64,000 nt of DNA from Chlorokybus atmophyticus. Its lineage: Eukaryota > Plantae > Mesostigma and Chlorokybus algae. Below, piece after piece: positions 35,501 to 47,143 of the stretch. Position 1 is the stretch's first letter, and each line of letters opens with the position of its first letter. Under the pieces are notes generated by a model. It saw only the letters and a list, made by a program, of their open reading frames with translations. It was not told where the DNA came from and did not search any database. The stretch lies in NCBI GenBank assembly GCA_009103225.1, contig RHPI01003488.1, positions 248,001-312,000 of the forward strand, given 5' to 3'. The position numbers and the translations under genes are program-made.

Positions 35501-38500
35501 AGACGGGGACGGTGCGGTTGTCGGCAAATTGATGAACCTACACAGTTGCGGAATCTTTGCTATTTTTCAAGGGCGAGTAGTACCTTTATTGTGGACCTTC
35601 ACAAGCACGGCACAGGGTATTACTAGCTCGTTTTGCTTGGTTGACACCGGGGCAACGCATAACTTCGTCGAGAATAAATGGGTTATGCACAACAAGATAG
35701 CGTGTAAACCCTCAGCCTTCTCAGCTGTTGGTGCTGGAAGTGCGTTACCAGTGAAAGGTAAAATAAGTTGAAAGTGAAGATTGGTAGTTACCAAGCCAAT
35801 TTAACTTTCATCGTAGTACCCATTGACATAGCTAGTGTTGATGTGGTACTTGGCCAAGAGTGGCAACATCAAGTGTCTATGACAATGGATACTGCTGCAC
35901 AGTTCTGCACGGTAAGGAAGGGGCGTAAGAGCAGCACTTTGTCCATGCAGGGGTCGCATAACTTGGAATATAAGCAAACAGACTCTGCGTTACTTACGGC
36001 GCTTCAAGTGAAGCGTGCGTTACGAAAAAGCACACCTGCTTTTCTAATGCACTTAACGTTAAGTGATGATGTAGTGCCTGGCAATACAGAAGGTGTATCG
36101 GACATCATTGAGAGATTTCAGGATGTGTTCTTAGATGAATTGCCGGGCTTGCCCCCTGATCGAGGTGTCGGACACACAATACCTTTGATTCCTGATAGTG
36201 AGCCTCCATTTCGGCCTATATATAGGTTGAGCCCTCGTGAGAGGGGGTTGGAAACACAAATAAAAGAGTTATTGAAGAAGGGATTGATTGAACCAAGTTC
36301 TTCACCCTTTGGCGCACCCATATTGTTTGTTATGAACAAGAATGGGAAATTGCGCATGTGTGTGGATTATCGTGCTCTAAACAAGATCACGGTAAAGAAC
36401 AGATACCTGTTGCCAAGGATTGATGATGTGTTTTACAAGTTGTCAGGGAATGCGTACTTTGGTACACTAAGCTTGACAAGCGGCTATCATCAAACTCAGA
36501 TTCATCCTTTGGATATCTATAAGACAGCATTCAGGACACCTACGGGTCATTATTAATACAAAGTGTTACCTTTTTGATTGACTAATGCACCCGCTGTGTT
36601 TCAGAAGGAAATGAAAAAAATCTTCGGTGGTATGCTTGGTCAACATGTCATAATATATTTGGATGACATCATTGTCTTCAGTAAAACAATGGAAGAACAT
36701 AGGTAACACTTGGAAGCGGTGTTCGCAAGATTGCGCAAGCATCATTTGTTTGCAGATTTCACCAAGTGTGATTGTTGTAAAACGGAGTTGCCCTTTCTTA
36801 GTCACATTGTGAGTGGTGCGGGTATACAACCTGACCCACGCAAAGTGCAGATTGTCAAAGAGTGGCCCCAACCTTAGAATATCCATCAAATAAGTCGTTT
36901 ATAGGGTTGGCAAAGTACTTTCGCAACTTTATGATGGGGTACTCGACAATTGTCATGCCTTTGACCAAGCTGTTGCGTAAAAATGCCCCGTTCACTTGGA
37001 TCACAGCATAAGAAGTTGCTATGCAAAAGGTGCAGTTGGCTTTAACATCGGCGCCGGTGTTAGCACTGTCAATTTGGGACAAACACTTCACAGTGGCTAG
37101 TGACGCATCAACACTTGGGTGTGGTGCGGTACTATTGCAAGATGGTAGACCTTGTGCTTATGAGAGTAGGAAGTTCATTCCTGCGAGAGTGAACTACCCT
37201 ACAACAGAGCAAGAACTACTGGGTATAGTTCATGCTCTTGAGACATGGAGATGTTACTTGGAGGGTGTTCAGTTCACTACTGTGACTGATTACAACCCGT
37301 TGGTGTATATCTCAACACAACAAAACTTGTCGCGACGGCAAGTGCGCTGGAATGAGTTTTTGTCCAGGTTCACCTTTGATTGGGTGTATCGGCCGGTTAG
37401 AACGAATGTGGCTGACCCTTCGAGTCGCTGCCCGTCATTATTGGCGGTGATGCGCGCGCAACTACTCGCGACACGCAGCACATTGTCTCCCGATGATGAG
37501 TTTGTGCAAACTGTTGTTCAGGGGTACACTTTGGACCCGTGGTTTTTCATTGCAGACAACTTATAAAAGGTCGAGAAAGTTTGACAAACGTGACAATCTG
37601 TATTACATGAGCAACAGTGTGGTGATACCTGATCATGCTGAACTGCGTGTAAAATGCATAGCGGATACACATGATCCGCCTTACGCTGGGCACTTTGGTA
37701 GTCGCACAACCATTAAGGCAGCGGAACAGTTGTATTGGTGGCCATCGTTGCCTGCTAATGTGAAGCGGTATGTGGACACGTGTAACAAATGTCAACGTGA
37801 CAAACCGTTACGTAAAAAGCCCGCTGGGCTACTGAGGCCGTTACCACTTCCTGACAGTAAGTGAAAAGTGTGAGTATGGACCTTATCACTGAGCTCCCTG
37901 AGATAGCGTTGGGTCATACTGCGGTTGCAGTATTTGTGGTCCTTTGACCAAAATGGTTCACATTGTTCCTTGCCGTACGGAGATAGGCTCCCATGATTTA
38001 GCGATGTTTTCTGTCGCGTTGATGTTCAATATGCATGGTTTGCCTCGCAACATTGTCTCTGACCGTGACCCGAGGTTCGTGGCTCAGTTTTGAAAGTCGC
38101 TATGCAACTTCCTGCAGATACAACAGCATATGAATACCGCTTATAATCCGCAGATTGATAGTCAGACTGAACGCGCCAATCACGTGATTGAGGAAACCAT
38201 TTGACATTATGCGAGTCCGACTAAGTCTGATTGGGATATTTATCTTCCAATAGCTGAGTTCGCGATTAACAATGCATGGCAAGAGAGCGTGCAGGAAACT
38301 CCATTTTTCTTAAACTACGGAGTGCATCCACAAAGTCCTGCCAGTATAAAATTGCCGGCTAGCGATGTGCCTCGCGATCCTGCAGCGCGCGAGATGGCTG
38401 CGGCCATGCAAGACAGGTTAGCGTTGGCAAAGAGCTATCTGCGCGCAGCGCAAGACAGACAAAAAGCCCAAGCTGATAAGCATCGTAGGCAGGCCGACTA

Positions 38501-39396
38501 TGATGTGGGCAATTCGGTGCTTTTGAGCATTAAAAACATATCCATCAAGGGAGTGAGTACCCGAAAGTGTTTTTTTTTTCCTTCGCTGGATAGGCCCCGT
38601 CAAAGTGGTTGATCGGGTCGGCACTCACGCGTATCGTTTAGAGTTACCACATTCCATACGTATACATAATGTGTTTCATGTGAGTGTACTGAAAGCGTAC
38701 TGTTCAGATGGTTGGGTTCAACCTCCTCCACCCCCAGTCGCAGTGGATGGCGATAACACTTTCGAGTATGAGGTGGAAACAATCCAGAGTCACCGTAAGC
38801 CCCGACGCGGACGCGCGCCGACTTACTCGGTGAAATGGAAAGGGTATGGTGTTGAACACAACACGTGGGAACCCGAAAAGAATCTTACCAACTGCTAGGA
38901 GATTCTTCGGGCGTACCGGAGTGATGTGTCCGCACGCGGACGGTAAAAGGGTGCTGGCAGACAACTTTACCACTTCAGCCCTGGTTCTTTTCTCACTCAC
39001 GTTTGCAGTGCTCACGGTGGGGCCTTGCTAACCCTCAGTGAGGACATTGAAACCTAAGTGGGGGGAATGTAACGGAGTGCTACCGCTATGCGGTTCCCGC
39101 CCTCATTTAATGAGAAATAAGGGTCCCAACGGGACAAACACAGCCATTAAAGTCGTATTAGGGCCTTTATAGGCCCTGATGAGGTGCTATGTTATGTAAC
39201 ACTGATATCAATTTGAGACTCATGTCTCAACACGAGTCTCAAGTCGATATCGGCCGCTGCGCTGCTAACGCGGCCGCCATAGCCAGGGGATCTTTCGATC
39301 TCCTGGATGCCAGCGGCGGCGGCGGCGGCGACGTGGCTGTGGTTGGTGGTGTTGGGGTAGGGGATTAAAGGGGGCGGTAGCACCCCCCTTCTTGCA
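32567..39396 (+). mobile_element. Ty3/Gypsy chromovirus, structurally complete but with many stops and frameshifts
   Basis: LTRs 32567-32838 and 39068-39396 (TG..CA), exact 5-bp TSD CCTCC, PPT AAGTGGGGGGAA. gag, LVDTGATHNF protease, RT (LRMCVDYRALN, YLDD), RNase H, integrase (HDPPYAGH..C..C) and chromodomain YEVE.I..HR..YSVKWKGY..NTWEPE.NL. Confidence 0.96.
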
Positions 39397-39830
39397 CCTC
39401 CTACGGAAAACCGAGGGAGTTCGATATTCTCGAGGTTGTTGTCCAATGTTGGACAAGGTCAGCTTGTGCTGATAGGTCAGCACACAGTGACAAGGCCTAG
39501 GGGGCCTTGAACATCCTGTGTGCCAGGTTTAGGAGAGCAGCAAGAAGTATAAAGGCTTAGTGGCAACCTTGAGTAGGGATGAGAGTGTGTTCACCACTTG
39601 AGGGCCACTTGTGTGTGGGGTGCCGGGTTGTAGTTGTTGAAGGGGCTCTCCCCCTCATCCCTTGTGGGGTGTGGTGTGTTGTGTGTGTGCATGTGGGTGT
39701 GTTGGGCGTGGGTGTGCTTGGGGCTGGAGCTGTATGAGAGGTTAGTGGTCATCCTCTTCTCCCTTGGTGCGCTTCTGCAACTTCCCGTGCACCGTGGTGC
39801 TGGGGCTTCCGCTGTAAGTCCTTAGTGCTT
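39397..39830. repeat. Right part of repeat X (left part ~32400-32566) into which the chromovirus inserted
   Basis: Reverse-complement similarity to 13660-14060. Confidence 0.7.
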
Positions 39831-39859
39831 GTGCATAAGTTTGCCAAGCCCCGACCAGC

Positions 39860-41844
39860 AAGTATATAGTGATATCGTTACAGCAAGGACACCGGCGCCA
39901 ACGCTGGCCCTTACCAAGTCGTCATCACCTTGAATCAGGTATACCTGGGTATTGTTGTATATGCACTGCAGTGCCATGGGAATGCGTGCTGCCTCTGCGT
40001 GTATACACCATCCTAACAATAGTGCTTGAACCCTGGAGCTTCATACTGGCGGACTATGAAAATGCCGTAGGCCGCCCCCTCTCCATTAGCGACGTCATAA
40101 CGCTGTATCAAGCCAGCACCGACTTGGGCGATGGGATGACTGTTGACGACCTACAGGTCACCGTCACAGGGGTTGACGCTGCACGAGACATACTGAAGCT
40201 TCGGGCTCAGGTCACGCGCGCACGCCCACATGCACACATGTGCACTCCCATGCACGCACACACACATGTACACTCGTCGTGACGCTCGAGATTGTCTGAC
40301 TTGCCAACCGTGCGGCAGATCACACATGCGTACGGCGGGTTAGGCCCGTACACGGTGCCTTTCAACAACTGCTGTCCAAATGGCACGACAACCACCGATC
40401 ATAAAGACAGCGGCTGCAGCTATCGGAGGTCGCGTACTGTCACCGTAAATGTCAACAACGGCAACAACGGCGGCGTGTTCACCACCCTGCCGATCATCCA
40501 GGTGGCCGTCATGGGGCAGGACAACACCATCCAGCTGCCGTTACAGGTCCCTGACGCGGAGAACTCGTACGCGTTCACGTGCCGATGTGCCACCTACGAC
40601 GAGTCCGGATCCCTCACACCCATCGACACGCTCACCGTGTTCAACCCGAATTGCGGGTTGACGTGGCGCACGGACGGGACCCAAGTGGGGCAGCTGTGCA
40701 CCTTGCTGGTGATCGTCGAGGAGCGCCACTACGGCAATCCCCCCGCCAACTATGCGATGGACTTCATTGTGGAGGTGGTTGCGCAGCTGCAGCCGCCCGC
40801 GTGCAGCGGGGACGACCCGCTTCCGCCCCAGTGCCGACTCGACATTACGGGGGGAGTCGTTTGCGACACCTTTCCCGGGGATGTCCTCATCCTCAGCATC
40901 ACCGCCACGGCTAGCGCGTACATCAATCCCGACTACGCCATCCCACAATACCCGTTCGATGCCTACGCCATCACCCCTCCCTAGGTGGGTCGTTTGCTCC
41001 ACCCCTCCACACCACATTCACATATGCCCCCAAACCCGCCGACGGAGGGCTGGTTTACTACGTGCGGGAGATATTCCAACGCGCGTCGCAACCTGCCGTG
41101 CTCGAAACCAACTGCGGCTTCGCCGTCGTCGTCTTTGGTACCCCCCCCAATTATTTGTATGCATGTGCTTGCGCGTACACGTGTCCTGTCTCTCTCTCCT
41201 CTTTGTGCAACATTCTTACCCACCCACCCACAATCCCTTGCGCAGACCTCTGTACTGGCAAGCCGGATGGGATACTCTGCCCGAATGGCTTTACGGTGTG
41301 TCGGGACGAAGTTTGTAGGGTGCGTTCGTCGTATCGTGTTGTGTCGTGTCATATTGCCGCATCAGAAACAAGTAGCCGCTGCGATTGAATGACAATCCTC
41401 CTGTTCCCTTGCTTGCTCACTAAGTGGCCCCCACCACCGTCGCCAACACCCCCACCTCCGCCACCGCCATCACACCCACCGCCTCAACCTCCGTTACCTC
41501 CACCACGTATTCGTCATGGTGAGTGCCACGTAAAGGGGGTGCTTCAGTTGTTGCACTGCATCATGATGCGTGCCTATGAGACTGCACTGCCATGGCCATT
41601 GTTGTTGTTTTGGTGACTGTCTGTGTGTGTGTGTCACACACAGTCTGCAAGCCCAACCCTTGCGGCCCCGATGGCCGCTGTCAGCCTGCGACTTCCGGCT
41701 ATCAATGCATCTGTCAACATGGCTTCTACGAACATGTACGTTAACGTTGCTCAGTCAGTGTACATGCTGTGGTGCGTGCATGTGTGTGCGCGTGCTACCG
41801 AGTGCATACACGCGTCTATCCTGCTGTAGCTTACTGGATCGGTG

Positions 41845-41897
<53 letters not shown>

Positions 41898-42280
41898 GAG
41901 TGTTGACGGCAGCAAGGTGTGCAAGTCCTTTTGCTCGAGGCCGGTGTCCACAGGGCTGTGGAACACTCCCGCGCTGCAGCGCATAAAGTGGATCAACCGC
42001 ATGCCCGATGCCGACACATGCTGCCACAAGTGCAAGGCCAACCACGCCTGCACACATTGGGCATACTGCACCGGCAACGGCAGCAACAACGAGGTGTGCA
42101 TTCGACTTATGAGACGCAAACAGCGCACGCACGCAAGCATGCGTACACGTCTTACTCATGCTCTGCTGAGTGCAGGTGTGCAAGCTCTTTGGTTGCGGGA
42201 AGAGTGCCCACCCGTGCTACAGAGACGCTCACCTTGACACTAGCGACGACGCATGGGTCGCGTGCAAGATGTGCAAGTAG
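39860..42280 (+). pseudogene. Secreted/cell-surface protein gene: beta-rich Cys-containing ectodomain, Pro-rich linker, EGF-like domain, PAN/apple domain; 5' end missing and frameshifted
   Basis: 230-aa ORF 40292-40984 with a 1-nt frameshift at ~40978 that continues as LGGSFAPPLHTTFTY. EGF CKPNPCGPDGRCQPATSGYQCICQHGFY at 41644-41736. PAN DADTCCHKCKANHACTHWAYC..VCKLFGC in exons 41898-42093 and 42176-42280. Confidence 0.7.
41849..41894. repeat. (TG)n microsatellite directly before a 3' splice site
   Basis: Direct observation. Confidence 0.95.
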
Positions 42281-42639
42281 TAACGGTACACTACATCCAC
42301 ACAACTCGGTCCGCCATTTCATACCGCCCCTGCAAGCTGCAATCAGCGCATCAGCGCATGCACGCTTGGCTGCAGCTGAAAAGACGATGAATATAGCACA
42401 GTATAGCGTAGGAATAAGCGCGACTAGACCTTGAGCGTATTGCTCGTCTAGGATGGGTGATGAGAGATATCAAACGTGCGGCAAGCTCTTTGCAAAGTGG
42501 TGTATACAAGTGGATTGATACAGTGTGTCAAGTGTCAGGTGCCATATGAGGTGATACTGTGGCGTGCATTGTGTGTTTGTCGGTATCGCGCTTACAGGCA
42601 GTCGCAACCAATTGCTGGAGAGTAGATGCTAACAATACA

Positions 42640-43560
42640 CTGGGCAACCAGCCGGGATACAAGCACTCAATCCATATATTGACATCTAGCGCACACGACA
42701 ATGGAAGCTAGATGAGAAAGCACTACGGTATGTAGCGCATACATGATCTGTTTCGAGCCAGACTACTTTGTGCCATGTAACTGCCATGCATGCATCCGGC
42801 GCTGCTTCGCCCCTTGTGTAGTGTTATAGACTCTGAAGCGCCATGCATATCAACACGGTCATCTAGTCAAGTTGTGTCACGCAGCGAGGGAGGCAAAGCA
42901 GTAAATCATCACGCAGGACACATGTTATATACCGAGCCTGTGAAATACGAGTGATGGATCATGCCTCATGGGCTCGTGAGTAAACTTTCACTCAAATCTC
43001 TGTGCAACTCTGCAAACCATGACATCACGTCGACCCCTGGAGCAGTTGTAATGCGCTCTAAGCACTACTGAGGTTTGTAGAAACAGGGACCCAGGGATCT
43101 ACACAGAAGATATGGCAGATTCACATTCATGCACTTGGGGCCTGTAATCACTAAGAAAAAAAGCTTAAGGCAGCCTCTGCTGCTGAGCCTTTTCCTTACC
43201 CGTCACGCGCGGCACTGCTGCTGCACAGCTGAAAGGAGGACACCCTATTGGGTTATCTGAGGTCAATGACCCCTGAGCGTACAACAGGAACACAACACAC
43301 GCTTCCTTGCGTTGTCATCATCATCATCCTCATTCGGTGCGATGCTGATTGGCGTCAGCCGATCAAGACAGGATGGAGTGCTTGCGATACGCACGGTGCG
43401 TGCAAGTCAACGCCACCACAGGGATGATGATAAGGGAATCCCTGTCCTGATCGCCAGGTGCACAGCGCCCTGAACGACTTCTGACCGTACAGGAACACAG
43501 AAGCACACAAGCAGCAATTGGTTGCAAGGCCAAACACACGGGTTCATATACATAGGAACA
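42640..43560 (-). pseudogene. Inverted, internally deleted duplicate of the LPAAT last intron/exon and downstream region (~51880-53200)
   Basis: For example, 43380-43530 is the reverse complement of 51890-52040, and 43225-43345 is the reverse complement of 52207-52325. Confidence 0.88.
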
Positions 43561-43733
43561 CGTGTGGTGGTGTGGATGTGGAAATAGTGTGCGACGCCCT
43601 TATTGAAGACACGGCGACACTGAATTGAGATCAAGAAGCAAGGAACTGATGGACAATACAGGGCGAGGGGGGGGGGGGACAGTACCCTATGACACGCAAT
43701 CATACTCTGAAACGTGAATTTGCCTACACCACA

Positions 43734-45203
43734 TCATGCAGCTTTGAACTGATACTTGTAAGCGCGTAGCTTGCTAATCCCATGACGTGTGTCCGCCATC
43801 ACCGACGCGCAGTACCAACACGCCGCCACATAGCTGCATTAGCAAGCCCACGAACGTGTTAGCACCACCACCAATGTCAATCGTGTCTTTCATGGCATGC
43901 ACACACACACACACACAGAGATGCGCACTCACATTGCTGCTCAGAGCCCATATCGATATCCTTACCCGAACGCAGCTGCGGGGGCCCACATTGCATGCAG
44001 CCATTGCTCCCTCCCAACGACCACCCTGATGCAAATACTCTTCAACACCAACAATAACAACGAGTGTAACATATAACACCAGCATGCTGCGAATCTCCCT
44101 CACCTTGAGCTGTGCCATGCCCAGAAGGCAAGTGTGACTGCAGCGAGCGGCAGCGGGAGGAAGCCAACTTGCGATGAAGAAGATGACGATGTTGTGCTCG
44201 CTGGGGATACGAACAGCGCAATGGCGGCGATGCAAAGCGCGGTGCAAGCGAGCATATCTGTGGTTGTGTTTGTGTGTGCATGCAAATTATACACATGCGC
44301 ACGAACGCCACGTGTACAGTGCTAACCAACATACCTGCCGCGATGACTGTGGTGGAAGACAATTCGCCATAGAACAAAGCGTGCCGGTGCTGAATAGATA
44401 GAATTGTAAAGTTGTTGGACAAGTGTTGCGATAGTCCATTGATGTTTGCCTGCAAACAGCAAGCACAACAAGCACGACAAGCATTGTTTGTTTACCACGT
44501 GCCAGGGATGGCGGTGCTGGCTAAGAGCCGCGCGCGAGAAGAGCAGCGCCCCCGCCACCGCCCCCGCAGCAAACGCCGCCTGCGTGTACATGGTTGATGT
44601 TGAGGATGATGAGGAAGTTGCAAAGAAGGCACGGGGGGACTGTTTATTGCGTGCTTGCGTGTGTATGCACGCGTGTGCGCGCGCGTGTGTCTTTGCTTGT
44701 GTGAGAAAGTATGCATGTACAAGATCAAACAAACGGACTTCACAGTGGGCATCTGAATGAACTATGTGCATGTAGGTGTGCATGTGTGCGCGTGCCCGCG
44801 CATGTGCTTGCATGCAATCGTTGCAGCTGCGTGCGCACCGATTCACTACAAACGTGTATCTACGCGCGCTCAGATCTTTGCAAGAACGGCTGGAGTTGAA
44901 CACCTGGTTGCATGCATGCAGTGGTCTTTGTCAACAACACTGACCCTCCAGGCGAGGCTCTGCCTAGCATGACTCCTTTCCAGCTCCCTTATCACCTCCT
45001 CCTGCTCTGTAACCCCACGCAAACAAACAATGTGTGTTGATCTCGAGTGTAGAGTCACAATACGGTTATGATCTCCAGCCCAGGCCAGGCCATATGACGA
45101 TGATACAGCACACACCTTGGGTATCCAAATACTCCGTCTCCTCCGCGCCGCCTCCGCCACCAAAGCTCCCAGCGCCTATCCCTTCAGCTCTCCTACTCCT
45201 CAT
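43734..45203 (-). CDS. Conserved uncharacterised multi-pass membrane protein, 200 aa, 7 exons
   Basis: Exons 45203-45116, 45006-44945, 44579-44496, 44389-44335, 44257-44104, 44025-43966 and 43833-43734; all GT-AG and phase-consistent. EQEEVIRELERSHARQSLAWR...PW..RHA.FY...SKLRAYKYQFKAA resembles a land-plant uncharacterised family (from memory). Confidence 0.88.
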
Positions 45204-45329
45204 CTTCACCACGTACACACCTCCGCCCCTGCCGCCGCCGCCGCCGGCCTGGCCTGATGGCCTGATGCGCTCACAACGGATTACTGAGCACATGCAGATC
45301 ACTGAACAATTGGATCAGTGATCACACAT

Positions 45330-45430
45330 TTAGCGCGCAAAATTTCAAACGAGTGTGAACGGCCTTTTCTTGCGCAATTATAATTCCAGTGAAATATTTC
45401 TTGCGCAAGATTTGAAAGTTTCCCGCTGTT
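45330..45430. promoter_or_regulatory. Divergent promoter with E2F-like and CHR-like motifs
   Basis: TTTCCCGC at 45419-45426, TTTGAA at 45411-45416, TTCAAA at 45344-45349 and the palindrome TCTTGCGCAAGA at 45399-45410. Confidence 0.55.
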
Positions 45431-45520
45431 TCATCTATAGGACGATAAATAAATCAGTCACTGCGCAGACTGGACTGCATTTTTGGCTTCATTTTGGTCA
45501 GTTTCATCAGCAGGGTCAAA

Positions 45521-46447
45521 ATGGCGGCAGCGGCGGCGTCGGCGATGTCTCTGGGCAGCGGCAGGCTCTTCTCCTCGTCCTCGTCATCCACCTCCTCACC
45601 CTCCTCATCACATGCATTGCCTCGCGCCGCCGCCCCGCGACTGCGACGGAAAGCTGGTAAGCATCCTGTTCTGCTCTAGCCTGGCCTGGCCTGGCCTGGT
45701 CTGACTGTGCTTGTCTCCTCCCTTGCAGTGAGGCGGGCGGCTGAGGCTAGGTGGGGCGCCTCATCAGGCGGCGGTGGCGGCGGCAGCAACAAGGCGAGGG
45801 GCGGCAGCAGCAGGAGGGGAGAAGAAGGGGAGCAGGTGGTTAGCGTCATGTGGCCAACCTCCTTTGATGAGGTACGTGTGCTCAATGCAATGTCGCGTTT
45901 ACACATTCACACATCTCATCATTTACACAGAGTAAAGTGCTCTACTCACGCAGGTGCCTCAAGCCATCGCTGCACTCAGGGAGGGCTCATCAGTCGTGAT
46001 GAACCTCAGCTCCATCGCCAGGTGCATGCACACGCACACCCGTGCCTGTTGCAATGATGTTGGTGATGGTGGTGCACCTCTTTCTTGCCGATCTTCTTGC
46101 ATGGCAGACCTGGTTGATCAATGAGCACTGATGCCTGTGCTGATGCCTGTCTGTGTGTTGAATGCAGCATTGAAGAGCAGCAGCGATGCGTGGACTTTGT
46201 TGCCGGCGGTTGCTTCGCCATGAACGGGTAAGCATGGTGCCCCATAACAGTTGAACGATACTATGCATCACCATATCACCTTGGAATCTCATTCATTGTC
46301 ATCATCAGGCACCAGGACACGCTGTCGGACTCGGTGTTTCTGTTTCTTCCCGCGGGCGTATCAGCAGCCAACATCAACTCGCGCAGGGAGGCGCTGCTGT
46401 GCCTCGGCTCAACGCAGCTCGCCCTTGCCGAAGACCTCGCGCACTGA
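45521..46447 (+). CDS. sepF: SepF (YlmF/Cdv2)-family cell-division protein with a putative plastid transit peptide, 181 aa, 5 exons
   Basis: Exons 45521-45656, 45729-45871, 45954-46021, 46168-46227 and 46309-46447; all GT-AG and phase-consistent. Core PTSFDEVPQAIAALREGSSVVMNL..QRCVDFVAGGCFAMNGHQ..LSDSVFLFLP closely matches cyanobacterial SepF. N-terminus is Ala/Ser/Arg-rich and lacks acidic residues. Confidence 0.9.
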
Positions 46448-47143
46448 TGACAGGCATGCCTGCAGGTATTTGCGCTTCTGCACAAGACATGGTTTCCTCT
46501 CGGTTGGGACGATAGTTGTACAGGACAGACAGACAGATAAACACAAGCACACTGCAGTGTATACTAGTATATTATGACGATGGCTTTTTCTCCCCTCCTT
46601 TTGTTGTTCAGTCTCTTGTCACTGACTGGTTTGTCGTGTGTGCTGCAAGCCAACTGGCCTTTACGGATCATTGGCAGCAATGAAGCCAATACAGATATTG
46701 AACAAAGTCTTACACCTTCAGGAAAACCTGTACAGTGTAGGCCGGTACAACCATTTCACACCGGAACCCATCAACATTTGTTGCAGAGAGCTATTCAGGA
46801 ACGAATGTGGTATTGCACGTCCTTGTGTTAATGATAGCGCCAATCTAATAAGCGTGTGCAGTGCACTGAGTCGGGCCCGATCCCAACACATCTCAACTGT
46901 CACCGCAGTGCAATAGATCTGTGAACTAAAGTGTGATGTGAACACGATGTCATGCAACACCGTTTCATTGATTACAGACAGAGAGCCGAGCCAGCAACCA
47001 GTTGAGAGCTTTGAAGCAACAAGCGCGTCTCTCTATCAGTGCGCAACACCTGTGCATTGAGCACGCAATAGGGAGGTGGATAGTCGGAATGTACACACAA
47101 CGCTGCTGTTGAGGTGCCAACATCATGGACACGTGCGCATCCG

